Assembly (NCBI GenBank): GCA_965219415.1
Contig: CBDCNP010000002.1
Coordinates: 1,632,001 to 1,696,000, forward strand
DNA length: 64,000 nt
Direction of reading: 5' to 3'
From: Candidatus Marinacidobacterales bacterium
GTDB lineage: Bacteria; Acidobacteriota; Vicinamibacteria; Marinacidobacterales; DATDRI01
The notes under the pieces are model-generated. The model did not search any database. It was not told where the DNA came from and worked only from the letters and a program-made list of their open reading frames with translations. Below are positions 17,086 through 25,685 of the stretch, piece after piece. The stretch's first letter is position 1; every line of letters begins with the position of its first letter. The translations under genes were made by a program, and so were the position numbers.

Positions 17086-18405
17086 ATGAACCCTCCGAGA
17101 CGGAACAGTCCGATGGAGACCATGGACCGGCAGGAGCGGGAGTCCCTGCAGGTCGGACGACTTCAGGAGCTCGTCGCGAGTGTCGGTGCCGCCGTACCGC
17201 ACTATCGGCGGCACTTCGACGAGAGCGGCATCCAGTCGGACAGTATCCGCTCCCTCGAGGACTTGGAGAAGCTGCCGTTCACGACCAAGCAAGACCTGCG
17301 CCGCAGTTACCCCTTCGGTATGTTTGCCGTACCCCTCGAGCGCGTGGTTCGTCTCCACGCGTCGAGTGGAACGACCGGCAAGCCCACTGTCGTCGGCTAC
17401 ACCGAGCGTGACATGGAAACTTGGTCGGAAGTGATGGCTCGCTCCTTGGCGGCTGCCGATGTCACCGCGGCAGACGTGGTCCACAACGCCTACGGCTACG
17501 GGCTATTTACAGGAGGTTTGGGATTCGGCCTCGGGGCCGAGACCATCGGCGCGGCCACGGTTCCCGCCTCCGGCGGCTTCACCAAGCGACAGTTCATGCT
17601 CATGGAGGATTTCGGCGCAACCATCCTTTGTTGCACTCCCTCCTACGCGTTGGTACTCGCGGAAACAGCCCGAGAAGAAGGAATCGATTTTCCGGGACGC
17701 ATGAAGCTTCGTGCCGGTTTTTTCGGAGCCGAGCCTTGGTCGGAAGCGATTCGCCGGGAGCTCGAGCGCCGCTTGGGACTGGAGGCCTTCGACGTCTACG
17801 GGCTCTCCGAGATCATCGGACCCGGCGTCTCCGTGGAGTGCAGCGAGCACGACGGACTTCACATCGCCGAAGATCACTTCCTTCCTGAGGTCGTCGATCC
17901 GGAAAGCGGTGCGCAGTTGCCCGAAGGATCCGAGGGCGAGCTCGTTTTCACGACTCTCACCAAGGAAGGCCTTCCCCTCATACGCTATCGGACCCGGGAC
18001 CGGGTACGACTATCACGTGAGCCCTGCGCGTGTGGCCGGACGACTGCACGGATGAGTAAATTGCTCGGGCGCACCGACGACATGCTCATCATCCGGGGCG
18101 TCAACGTATTCCCATCCCAGATCGAACAGGCGCTTCTCCACATCGACGGGCTCGCGCCTCAATATCAAATCGTGGTGGACCGCACCGGGGACCGGCTCGA
18201 TGACTTGGAAGTTTGGGTGGAAAGCTCCGAAGAGGTGCACCGCGGCGGCGAGACCGCGGTGGCGAGGATCCGAGAGCTGGCGCTCGAAACGGTACAAGAG
18301 AGCCTGGGTATCCGCGTTAAGCTTCGAGTCGTAGGCCCCCGCGAAATCCCGAGAAGCCAAGGGAAGGCGGTTCGTGTGATCGATCGAAGAGAAGTGAGTT
18401 CCTAG
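17086..18405 (+). CDS. paaK: Phenylacetate-CoA ligase
   Basis: HASSGTTGKP, YGYGLFTGGLG, YGLSEIIGPG and GRTDDMLIIRGVNVFPSQIE motifs. Confidence 0.92.
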   Translation: MNPPRRNSPMETMDRQERESLQVGRLQELVASVGAAVPHYRRHFDESGIQSDSIRSLEDLEKLPFTTKQDLRRSYPFGMFAVPLERVVRLHASSGTTGKPTVVGYTERDMETWSEVMARSLAAADVTAADVVHNAYGYGLFTGGLGFGLGAETIGAATVPASGGFTKRQFMLMEDFGATILCCTPSYALVLAETAREEGIDFPGRMKLRAGFFGAEPWSEAIRRELERRLGLEAFDVYGLSEIIGPGVSVECSEHDGLHIAEDHFLPEVVDPESGAQLPEGSEGELVFTTLTKEGLPLIRYRTRDRVRLSREPCACGRTTARMSKLLGRTDDMLIIRGVNVFPSQIEQALLHIDGLAPQYQIVVDRTGDRLDDLEVWVESSEEVHRGGETAVARIRELALETVQESLGIRVKLRVVGPREIPRSQGKAVRVIDRREVSS

Positions 18406-18484
18406 CGCCCGGAGAGCCAGCAGCTAGCGAAGGCGAGGGGCCCCGCGCCATGGGGCCAAGACCGGGGGCGCAACGAAAGGGAGC

Positions 18485-19003
18485 CCTCAGCAGCCGCGAA
18501 GGCGCCGAAGCGGCTAGCGCCCAAGAGCCTTCAGCTTGCGCGCAGTCGCTTGCGGCGAAGCGCAGCGCCTGGGGGTGGGGCCTCAGGCGATTCGGCGATG
18601 TTGAGTGAGGCCGATTAAAGGAGGTCACATGGGAAAGCTGGAAACGATGAGTTGGGAAAAGGATGGGAAGGTGGCGCGCGTCACGCTGAATCGCCCCCAA
18701 CTCTTGAACGCCATGAACAACCAAGCGACGTTCGACCTCAATGCCTCAGCAGCCGCGAAGGCGCCGAAGCGGCTAGCGCCCAAGAGCCTTCAGCTTGCGC
18801 GCAGTCGCTTGCCGGCGAAGCGCAGCGCCTGGGGGTGGGGCCCCAGGCGATTCGGCGATGTTGAGTGAGGCCGATTAGAGGAGGTCACATGGGAAAGCTG
18901 GAAACGATGAGTTGGGAAAAGGATGGGAAGGTGGCGCGCGTCACGCTGAATCGCCCCCAACTCTTGAACGCCATGAACAACCAAGCGACGTTCGACCTCA
19001 ATG
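18485..19003 (+). repeat. 259/260-bp tandem duplication of a family A repeat, RBS and the first 38 codons of the crotonase gene
   Basis: Copies at 18485-18743 and 18744-19003 differ by two substitutions and one indel. Confidence 0.95.
18629..18868 (+). pseudogene. Truncated duplicate of the enoyl-CoA hydratase 5' end
   Basis: Identical N-terminus (MGKLETMSW...FDLNA), then reads into the repeat. Confidence 0.75.
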
Positions 19004-19656
19004 CGGTGGCCGATGAAATTTCCGCCGATCCGTCGATCCGAGTCGTCACCATCGTCGGCACCGGGCGGGCCTTTTGCACCGGAATCGATTTGAAAGAGCT
19101 TGCGGCTGGCAAGATCGACATTACCTACCATGACCACTGGGAGGGGGCACTTCGCAAATTCGAAACGATGGAGCCGATCGTCCTCTGCTTGATCCACGGC
19201 TACTGCCTGGGGGGCGGACTACAGTTGGCCATGGCCGCCGATATCCGCATCTCGACGCCTCTTGCGAAGATTGGCTTGCCGGCGATCCGAGAGTCACTGA
19301 TTCCCGGCCTGGGAACCTGGCGATTGCCCCGCTTCGTGGGGATGGGGCGCGCAAGATGGATGATTCTTTCCGGCGAGAACATCGGCGGCGAGGAGGCCGC
19401 CCGCATCGGGCTCGCCGATCACCTGGTGAGCCAAGACAATTATCGTAAGGAGTTCGAGGAGTATGTCGGCAAATACTTGGGGGTTTGCTCCAAGGGAAGC
19501 CGAATGGCCAAATTGGCCACCAACCGAGCGTTCGATTTGGATTTCAAGAACTTTTACGAGGAGTACATCAAGCTACAGGAGGTTGCGATGACCTCGGCAG
19601 ACTTCGATGAGGCCGCGGTGGCCTATCGAGAAAATCGCGATCCCGAGTGGGAATGA
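18889..19656 (+). CDS. Enoyl-CoA hydratase/isomerase (crotonase) family protein
   Basis: TLNRP..LNAM, AFCTGIDL and GYCLGGG motifs. The usual catalytic Glu positions appear to be Q and A, so it may not be a hydratase. Confidence 0.88.
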   Translation: MGKLETMSWEKDGKVARVTLNRPQLLNAMNNQATFDLNAVADEISADPSIRVVTIVGTGRAFCTGIDLKELAAGKIDITYHDHWEGALRKFETMEPIVLCLIHGYCLGGGLQLAMAADIRISTPLAKIGLPAIRESLIPGLGTWRLPRFVGMGRARWMILSGENIGGEEAARIGLADHLVSQDNYRKEFEEYVGKYLGVCSKGSRMAKLATNRAFDLDFKNFYEEYIKLQEVAMTSADFDEAAVAYRENRDPEWE

Positions 19657-19659
19657 CGA

Positions 19660-20679
19660 CTACTTCTGGGTCCGCCGCCGATAGGCCTCGGTCTCGTAGA
19701 CTTCCGGATTAATGCAATTGGGAGCCTTCTCCCGCTTGAGATGGGCCACTGCGTTTTCTGCGCACATCGTCGCCATCCGATTTCGAGTATCGCGGCTGGC
19801 GCTCGCGATGTGAGGTACGACGACGACGTTGTCGAGCTCGGCCAAGCCGTGGGCCATCTCCGGCTCGCCCTCGAAGACATCCAACCCCGCCCCCGCAATC
19901 TTCCTCTCACGGAGCGCTTCCACCAAAGCTTTTTCATCGATGATCGGACCGCGCGCAGTATTGACGAGATAAGCGGTGGCTTTCATCTTCTCGAAAGTTT
20001 CGGCATTGAAGAGGTGGCGGGTGCTGTCGTCTAGAATCGTGTGAATGGTTACAAAGTCGCTTTCTTCAAGGAGGCGATCCATCTCGGCGTACTCCACACC
20101 ATCCGTCTTCGCAATGAGGTCCTTGAGTGGCGGGTCGTAGGCGAGCACGCGCATCTCGAACCCCCGCGAACGGCGGTAGACGGCCTGGCCGATGCGGCCG
20201 AAGCCTACGATGCCCAGTGTCTGGGGGCGATCGTCGCCGCCCCGGCTGATGTCCGCACCCAGAAACAGGCTCGGACCCCATAGACGAAAACGGCCGCCAC
20301 GCATGTAGTTGTCGGCAGGAACGATGTTGCGCGCTACCGCCATCAGGAGGGTCCAAGCAAGGTCCGCCGTCGTGTCAGTGAGCACCCCCGGTGTGTTCGT
20401 GACCGGCAGCCCGAGCTCGGTCGCCACCGCCACGTCGATGTTGTTGAACCCCACCGCGTAATTGACCACGCCAAGTAGACCCGAGCCTGCCTCGAGGACT
20501 GGACGGTCGACGGCCTCGGTGAGCAGAGAGACGAGTACGTCAGCGGCCTTCACGCCCTCGATGACCTTCTCCCTAGAAACTACCCGGTTGGCGACGTCCT
20601 CGGCCACGTGAACATCGGCGGCGCTTTTCAAGATCTCGAGACCAGCATCAGGAATGGCGCGAGTCATGAAGATTCTCAT
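19660..20679 (-). CDS. D-glycerate dehydrogenase / glyoxylate reductase
   Basis: NTPGVLTDTTAD, GFGRIG, NTARGP, GLDVFE.EP and PHIAS motifs. Confidence 0.92.
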   Translation of the reverse strand: MRIFMTRAIPDAGLEILKSAADVHVAEDVANRVVSREKVIEGVKAADVLVSLLTEAVDRPVLEAGSGLLGVVNYAVGFNNIDVAVATELGLPVTNTPGVLTDTTADLAWTLLMAVARNIVPADNYMRGGRFRLWGPSLFLGADISRGGDDRPQTLGIVGFGRIGQAVYRRSRGFEMRVLAYDPPLKDLIAKTDGVEYAEMDRLLEESDFVTIHTILDDSTRHLFNAETFEKMKATAYLVNTARGPIIDEKALVEALRERKIAGAGLDVFEGEPEMAHGLAELDNVVVVPHIASASRDTRNRMATMCAENAVAHLKREKAPNCINPEVYETEAYRRRTQK

Positions 20680-21983
20680 ATCTCAACTCCAACCGCTTCT
20701 CGATCCTTGGTGAAAGAGACGAACCCATCTCGGTCCTTGCTCGCCTTGACGAGGCGATCGATACCCCGCCTCAGAGTCTCCACATCGCTCGCGATGCTAA
20801 ATCGCACGAAGTGCTGACCCTCACTCCCGATGGCTCCGAAGCTTCTTCGATCCACTATAGCTACGCCATGATGATAGATGAGGAATCGCATCAACAAGGT
20901 GGCGGGGCTGGTCATGGCACGTGCGGCGCCTGGCATTTTGCCATAGAACTCGTGGATACCCAGGTCACCACAGAGTCCATCTACTTTCGGAAAGAGGTAA
21001 AAGGCACCCAGCGGCTTGAGGCAGCTGACGCCTGGTACATCGTTGAGCGCTGGAACCATGTAGTCCCGCCGCTTCTTGAACTCACCAACCATGTGGGCGA
21101 CGACATCGTCCGTCTTAGGGTTTTCGAAAGCCTCCCGAGCCGCTTCCTGAACGAACGGCGGCACACAACTCACGATATTGATGTTGAGCTGCTTGAAGAG
21201 CCTCGCCTCCTCCACGGTTGGAAGAACGACGAATCCGATTCGCCAACCCGTCATAGCGAAACTCTTGGAATGACCGCTGGAGATCACCGTCCGCTCCTCC
21301 ATTCCCGGAACCGAGGCGATCGAGTAGTGTTCGAAACCGTCGTACGTGATCCGCTCGTAGATTTCGTCTGAGTAGACTCGAATGTCGGGCCGCGCCTTTT
21401 TCTTAATGATTTCTGCGACGCCCTCCAAAACCTCGCGGGAGAGCACTCCACCGGTTGGATTAGACGGAGAGCACAGAATAATCAGCTTGGTCTTCGGCGT
21501 AATGAGCGCATCGATCTCTTCGGGAGTGAAGGCAAAGTCGCTTTCCTGCCGGAGGTGCAGCGGCACTGGTTTTGCGCCCACGAACGTTGCCCATGACTCG
21601 TAGATCGGGAACCCCGGGCTCGGGTAGATCACTTCGTCGCCCGGGTCGACGTACGTCGTTACGGAGTAACCGATCCCAGGCTTGGCCCCCGGCAGACCGA
21701 CCACCCGCTCCGGGTCGATCGAGAGACCACGGGTCCGGGACACGTAATCGGCGACCGCCTTGCGGAACGGCGCGATCCCGGCCGGATCCACGTAGTGCGT
21801 ATTCCCCGCCAGAATGTTGTCGATGCCCACTTGATTGACGTGCGGCGGGCTGGCGAAATCTGGCTCCCCCAGCGTGAACCGAATCACGTCCATGCCACGC
21901 TTCTCGGCGCGAGCAATGTCCTCGCCCACTTTGAAGGCGTTCTCGGTCCCGAGCGCGGCCATCCGGTCTGCAATCACACCCAT
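20676..21983 (-). CDS. PLP-dependent aminotransferase class I/II
   Basis: GEPDF, SPSNPTG, SDEIY and SKSFAMTGWRIG motifs. ATGA coupling to the next gene. Confidence 0.92.
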   Translation of the reverse strand: MGVIADRMAALGTENAFKVGEDIARAEKRGMDVIRFTLGEPDFASPPHVNQVGIDNILAGNTHYVDPAGIAPFRKAVADYVSRTRGLSIDPERVVGLPGAKPGIGYSVTTYVDPGDEVIYPSPGFPIYESWATFVGAKPVPLHLRQESDFAFTPEEIDALITPKTKLIILCSPSNPTGGVLSREVLEGVAEIIKKKARPDIRVYSDEIYERITYDGFEHYSIASVPGMEERTVISSGHSKSFAMTGWRIGFVVLPTVEEARLFKQLNINIVSCVPPFVQEAAREAFENPKTDDVVAHMVGEFKKRRDYMVPALNDVPGVSCLKPLGAFYLFPKVDGLCGDLGIHEFYGKMPGAARAMTSPATLLMRFLIYHHGVAIVDRRSFGAIGSEGQHFVRFSIASDVETLRRGIDRLVKASKDRDGFVSFTKDREAVGVEI

Positions 21984-22209
21984 CCTGCGACCTCCTAAAT
22001 TGACTGTTCATCATATGTTTACGGAACTACCGGGGCAACAGGACTTATCATTTCCCAGGCGCGAAGTCGATTCGACGAGGTCGAGCGCGAGTGTTGGCTT
22101 AGGCTGGCGGCACTCAACCAGTGCAAGTACTTACTTTAGAGTGAGTTAATGGCTGTCTGGCCAGAGAACGTCTACGTCTTTTTTGTCTCGGCCCCTCCAA
22201 GGGGCTCAC

Positions 22210-22238
22210 TTGAAGGCCTCGTCCCTCAGAACTACAAT
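22210..22238 (+). promoter_or_regulatory. Sigma70 promoter predicting a leaderless transcript
   Basis: TTGAAG-17-TACAAT, with ATG 6 nt downstream and no SD. Confidence 0.65.
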
Positions 22239-22244
22239 AGAACC

Positions 22245-22901
22245 ATGAGGTGGCGCATACTGTTCGGTCTATCCCTCGCCCTCGCGGTTCCAGCATTCAT
22301 GGTCGCCCAGTCTCTCACCGAGCTGGCGAAAGAGGAAAAGGAAAGGCGCAAGAAGAACAAAGAGCAAGGAGAGCAAGTTCACGTAATCACAGAGAAGGAG
22401 CTGGTAGAGAACACCGGGACCATCGCCAACCCCGGCGCTCCGACAACTTCGGCTCCGGACAACACAGCAGGAGGAGCGCGGAAACCGGCCTCAAAAACCA
22501 GTGCTGACTCGACCAGTGGGGACGACGCCTCGGCTGACGATGACGTTCCTGAAAACCTCGCCGCGGACGCGGCGATCGAAGACAAGTTAAAGACTTTTGA
22601 AGCGATGAAGGCCGGCTATCAAACAAAGGTCAAGAAGATCGACGAAGAAATACAGAAAAACAACGAACGGCTGACGGCAATTCAAGAGGAGCTCGTCTCG
22701 ACCGGCGGCACGGGATTGCCCACCGCACCGCAAGCGGACATGACACCGCGCAATCCGGCCAGCATCCCTGCTTTGAGAAGCGAACAGCAGCAACTGCGGG
22801 ATAAGAATCAGGCGCTAGAAGCTCAGAAGAAGACCCTCAAGGACGACTTGATTCAAAAAGGTAGGCGCGCAGGGATCCCGAACCGTTATCTACAGCTCTG
22901 A
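22245..22901 (+). CDS. Exported coiled-coil protein of unknown function
   Basis: Signal peptide then QSL.ELAKEEKERRKK, followed by long heptad segments. Confidence 0.8.
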   Translation: MRWRILFGLSLALAVPAFMVAQSLTELAKEEKERRKKNKEQGEQVHVITEKELVENTGTIANPGAPTTSAPDNTAGGARKPASKTSADSTSGDDASADDDVPENLAADAAIEDKLKTFEAMKAGYQTKVKKIDEEIQKNNERLTAIQEELVSTGGTGLPTAPQADMTPRNPASIPALRSEQQQLRDKNQALEAQKKTLKDDLIQKGRRAGIPNRYLQL

Positions 22902-22905
22902 TCCC

Positions 22906-23409
22906 TTAATCGATTCCGATGCGGCTCTCCTGACCGCTCCCTTCTTCAACTAAAAAGACCTCTTCATCTTCCAGCACGATCCGCTGTACTCGATAGGGTC
23001 CGACGAGCTCACCCTCCCCGACCAACCAAACTCTTCCCTCGAATCGGATAGCGGCCGAAACCCGCGAAGTCTCGTTGTCCTCGTCACGTAATACGAAGCC
23101 GGCTAGTTGAGGCGCCGCGTGAGGAGGCACGAACGCGGTCACCGCCGGCTCGACGACAGAGGGCTGGGACCTCGGAGGGGGCTCGACGACCTCCCGGAAG
23201 ATGTCCCGTTCGGGCGGCTCCTGTTGGCCCGCGCTTTCCTCCCGAAGCCAGTTCCCGAGTCGCGCCAGACTCTCGGGTGAGAGCCCTTCCGGAAGAGACG
23301 AGGTTGCACGCTCGTCAAGAGGAGTCTTCTGAACAGCAGGGGGACCGAGCGACAACCAAAATAGGGCACCCGCACCAAGAAACAAGACCCCTGCTGCCAA
23401 CCACCTCAT
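22906..23409 (-). CDS. PilP/GspC-like membrane-anchored protein
   Basis: N-terminal TM, RDIF, Pro-rich linker, then L.G...AAI......VGEGE.VG.YRV..I. Confidence 0.55.
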   Translation of the reverse strand: MRWLAAGVLFLGAGALFWLSLGPPAVQKTPLDERATSSLPEGLSPESLARLGNWLREESAGQQEPPERDIFREVVEPPPRSQPSVVEPAVTAFVPPHAAPQLAGFVLRDEDNETSRVSAAIRFEGRVWLVGEGELVGPYRVQRIVLEDEEVFLVEEGSGQESRIGID

Positions 23410-23442
23410 GGCCCACCCTCTTCTAATCGCACGGGATGCTCG

Positions 23443-23949
23443 TTACGATTCCGGCCAAAGCGTCGACCACGTCGCAATGAGACGTAAAGCCGAAGCAGGA
23501 TCTTCGGTCAGTTGCATTTTCGACAGCCTCAGTGGAACGCCCAGTCGTGACAGGCGAAACAGGTACTGGTATATGTTTGCGAAATCGCCCCTCGTTTCCA
23601 TATCGATTCGGTATCCCCGAAAACCGACCGGAACCTCGCTGTCGAGGCGTATGTCCATTGATCCCCGCCGGATAGTAAGTCCTCGCTCCGCATCGAGAAG
23701 AGCACCCTGGAGAACCGAGAGTTGGACCTTGCTCTGAGTCGGAGTGGGCTCCAACCGCGACGCGGTGAGGCGAACCAACTCTTGGAGCTCCTTCCATTGC
23801 TCCACTTCTATCAAGCGACGGGTATGGGATTCCTCGAGATCTTCCGCCTGCCGTTGGAGCTCGCCGAGCTCGCGCTTCGCAGGAGTAGTGAATAGCGCAA
23901 AGGCCAACCCGTTCATGCCCAACAATGTCAGCAGTAAGGCGGACTTCAT
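23443..23949 (-). CDS. PilO/GspM-like protein
   Basis: TM, coiled coil, then G.F..I..YL..L ferredoxin-like motif. Confidence 0.6.
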   Translation of the reverse strand: MKSALLLTLLGMNGLAFALFTTPAKRELGELQRQAEDLEESHTRRLIEVEQWKELQELVRLTASRLEPTPTQSKVQLSVLQGALLDAERGLTIRRGSMDIRLDSEVPVGFRGYRIDMETRGDFANIYQYLFRLSRLGVPLRLSKMQLTEDPASALRLIATWSTLWPES

Positions 23950-24512
23950 CTCGCCCCCCCGGTCGGACCGAGCTCCGCCACGATCCGATAGAAGAACTCC
24001 CCCCCTGGTCGAGGGGTCTCTTCGAGCACCTCCGCTCGCCGCACTAATGGCGATTCGGTAAGTCCACTCAGGAAGGACACGACTGCATGCGGGTTGGCGG
24101 TCGCGGCGTCCAACTCCAGCTCTCCTTGGGAAGCGGTAGCACTGAGGCGAACCGATATTACGCGTGCCTCTTCCGGCAAGACCTTTGAGATTTCGTAAAG
24201 TACCGCGGCGGGTGCAATGGTCACCGGTAGGCCCGCACGATCCAGTGCAACGAGCTGTCCGATGGTCTCAGCGGCAGCCGGCGCGTCGAGGTAGGTGCGC
24301 ACCGTCTCGAGCTGTCGCTCCGATCGTTCGAGGCCATCCTGGCCCATTTGGATTCGATGCGTAAATTCTTCCTTGGCGCTTCGAAGCCGCAACATCATTG
24401 CCACGTGCAAACCGGAAACGAGAAGAACCCCGAAGAGAACGAACCACCAAAGCTTCGGCGGAATCTCGCCTAAGAACGACCGACTCGAACTGAGGTTGAT
24501 GCCGTTTTTCAC
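23946..24512 (-). CDS. PilN-like protein
   Basis: INL, TM, coiled coil, L.EISKVLPEEARV.SV and FL..L.ESP. Confidence 0.7.
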   Translation of the reverse strand: MKNGINLSSSRSFLGEIPPKLWWFVLFGVLLVSGLHVAMMLRLRSAKEEFTHRIQMGQDGLERSERQLETVRTYLDAPAAAETIGQLVALDRAGLPVTIAPAAVLYEISKVLPEEARVISVRLSATASQGELELDAATANPHAVVSFLSGLTESPLVRRAEVLEETPRPGGEFFYRIVAELGPTGGAR

Positions 24513-25411
24513 GTTTTGTTCACTCTGCGAACCAGCGTTGCCATGAGTGAAGAAAGGTGGGCCTGGTGTCCATCCTCGCCAAGTCTCACCCGCCCCTTCA
24601 TCAGTTTGTGTTCACCGAGCTGTTCGAAAAGAGTGGCGGCACCGACGCCGTGAATCGTCAACCGTTCGTACTCTGCGCCTCCGGACATTGCTGGTAGTCG
24701 GGTCAGTTCATCCATGATTCGGTTGCTTTCCGCCCCGCCGACTAGCTTCACGCGGATGTCGATCAACTCTCCCCCACGGAAAACCGAAAGGGAGTAGTGG
24801 CCGGGATAGAGTTGAACGTGTACTTGCATGCGTGCCGAGGATTCTTCTCCTCCCCGGCCGTTTTCCCGCTCGCCACCCACCTCCTGGGACCAATCCGGAA
24901 TTCTAATGAGACTCGCACCGTCGACCCAGGAGACGCGGCAGCCGACCGCCTCGACCGCTCCCTCGTATTGGCGGAGTACCGCTCCCCGGACGGCGGCGAA
25001 GAGCACCCACCTGGACCCACCGCGCCAGGTGTCGAAGACGGCCTCGTGGCTCGCGTACGGTAACCGCGAGGCGACATTCGCCAGCATCTGGACCGGCTTG
25101 GTGCGCTTCGCAACGGGTAGAGCGAAGGCACGGACCGCCAAATCCGAGAGGATGAGGGACAACCCCGCCCCCTGACATTCCACCTCGCCCAAGGCCTCGC
25201 CGGTAATACGGGCCAAGCCGGACACGGATTGGACGTTCGGTTCGGCGGGGGACGTGGAAACCAGATCGGCAGGAAACGGGCGCTCTGCTGTATCGACCAC
25301 CACCCAATCGCGCCCCCACGATGCCAGTCGGGCGGCGAAAACAGATCGCTCTCCGAACGCAAGAGCGTATCGCGTCCGCCTGCCTTTGAGACCAGAGACC
25401 CCGTTAACCAT
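24509..25411 (-). CDS. Divergent PilM/GspL-like cytoplasmic protein
   Basis: First gene of the coupled block; LSD..VR, RLPY and AAV...VL.QYE..VEAVG. Start uncertain. Confidence 0.55.
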   Translation of the reverse strand: MVNGVSGLKGRRTRYALAFGERSVFAARLASWGRDWVVVDTAERPFPADLVSTSPAEPNVQSVSGLARITGEALGEVECQGAGLSLILSDLAVRAFALPVAKRTKPVQMLANVASRLPYASHEAVFDTWRGGSRWVLFAAVRGAVLRQYEGAVEAVGCRVSWVDGASLIRIPDWSQEVGGERENGRGGEESSARMQVHVQLYPGHYSLSVFRGGELIDIRVKLVGGAESNRIMDELTRLPAMSGGAEYERLTIHGVGAATLFEQLGEHKLMKGRVRLGEDGHQAHLSSLMATLVRRVNKT

Positions 25412-25507
25412 CTCGTCCGGTTGATTATAACCCACTCAAATCTGGTCTCGCGGCGGCGCAGCTAACACCTTCTCGCCGCTGCGCTTGTCCCGGGACGCGC
25501 GACGGCG

Positions 25508-25537
25508 TTGCACGAAAAAACACGCCGGTGATATAAT
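25508..25537 (+). promoter_or_regulatory. Strong sigma70 promoter with extended -10
   Basis: TTGCAC-18-TATAAT with TG-N immediately before the -10. Confidence 0.8.
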
Positions 25538-25541
25538 CGCC

Positions 25542-25659
25542 GCCCGTCCAGGGGTCCCTCGAGACCGACGGCCTCGTGGAATCTCCGGCCGCGACCCGAA
25601 CCATTCGGGTCCAAGGAGCTCAAGGTTGATCCGCAGCCTGGTATGACGGGCCGGTTTTT
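25542..25659 (+). ncRNA. Candidate structured RNA / leader upstream of EF-G2
   Basis: 5' GCCCGTC-CAGG pairs with 3' CCTG-GTAT-GACGGGC. Two inner hairpins; a T5 tract follows. Confidence 0.55.
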
Positions 25660-25685
25660 CCGAGATATTGTAAAACGGAGGGGCG

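Noticed and set aside
25542-25659. SRP 4.5S RNA, 6S RNA, Y RNA or TPP riboswitch
   Set aside because: No CAGG-NNN-GRAA-NNN-AGCA helix (SRP), too short for 6S, no T-arm or nearby Ro gene (Y RNA), and no CTGAGA core (TPP).
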